A stretch of 64,000 bases of DNA, from the NCBI GenBank assembly GCA_023515725.1, contig JALDTO010000300.1, forward strand, positions 1 to 64,000, in the 5' to 3' direction. Shown here one piece after another: positions 63,842 to 64,000 of the stretch. This stretch comes from Amoeboaphelidium protococcarum X5 (taxonomy: Eukaryota > Fungi > Aphelidiomycota). A program made the translations under genes and the position numbers. How positions within the stretch are numbered: the first letter of the stretch is position 1; each line of letters starts with the position of its first letter. The notes beneath the pieces are model-generated. The model did not search any database. It was not told where the DNA came from and saw only the letters and a list, made by a program, of their open reading frames with translations.

Positions 63842-64000
63842 TCAATCGTCACCAAGTTCTATCTACTCTGTCTCAGTCTTATCTGCTTTATTCTCCGCGC
63901 GAATCTCTTCAAATCTCTATTACTATGCAACTTGAGCATATTCAACCACTTCCTAAAACTCTTCAATAATCTTCATGATTGTAATATCTTTAAAAAATAA
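63842..64000 (-). CDS. 3' end of a tandem paralogue of the 60830-63253 gene (runs off the window)
   Basis: IIEEFQEVVEYAQVAQQQRFEEIRAENKA aligns with VLEEFQQVVESAQVAQSQRVEDIRAENKA. Confidence 0.8.

Noticed and set aside
229-64000. Mass pseudogenisation or sequencing error as the cause of the many in-frame stops
   Set aside because: Only TAA/TAG interrupt frames, they fall at Gln positions, frames are otherwise intact, and essential genes are affected.
1-64000. tRNA, rRNA, CRISPR arrays, prokaryotic operons
   Set aside because: None recognised by eye; the DNA is eukaryotic with spliceosomal introns. A tRNAscan run would be needed to exclude tRNAs fully.

Overview
Gene-dense eukaryotic nuclear DNA (about 35 protein genes in 64 kb) that does not use the standard genetic code. 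TAA and TAG sit in frame at invariant Gln positions of conserved proteins, and every gene ends in TGA (translation table 6, UAR=Gln), so the supplied standard-code ORF track is fragmented or misses genes entirely. Gene content is fungal-type (velvet, Reg1-like, Crt10-like, G6PD, 14-3-3, Sec31, Mob1, Rio1, RPS13, CPD photolyase, SHPRH/Irc20, NDUFA6, Mic10). Together with this code, that points to an aphelid such as Amoeboaphelidium protococcarum (inference). All 20 introns I could model end in GTAG (19 in TGTAG). The most interesting items are: a signal-peptide-bearing DYRK-derived kinase; a secreted EF-hand pre-pro-protein with a Kex2-type site releasing a hydrophobic peptide; an adenylyl-cyclase-type 6TM anchor fused to a TKL kinase; a candidate SYCP2/Red1-like meiotic axis gene; a long stem in RPS13 intron 1; a candidate structured ncRNA; a membrane-anchored subtilase; and a tandem F-box-like family. 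All translations were done by hand under table 6, and family calls come from motif recognition, not database searches.
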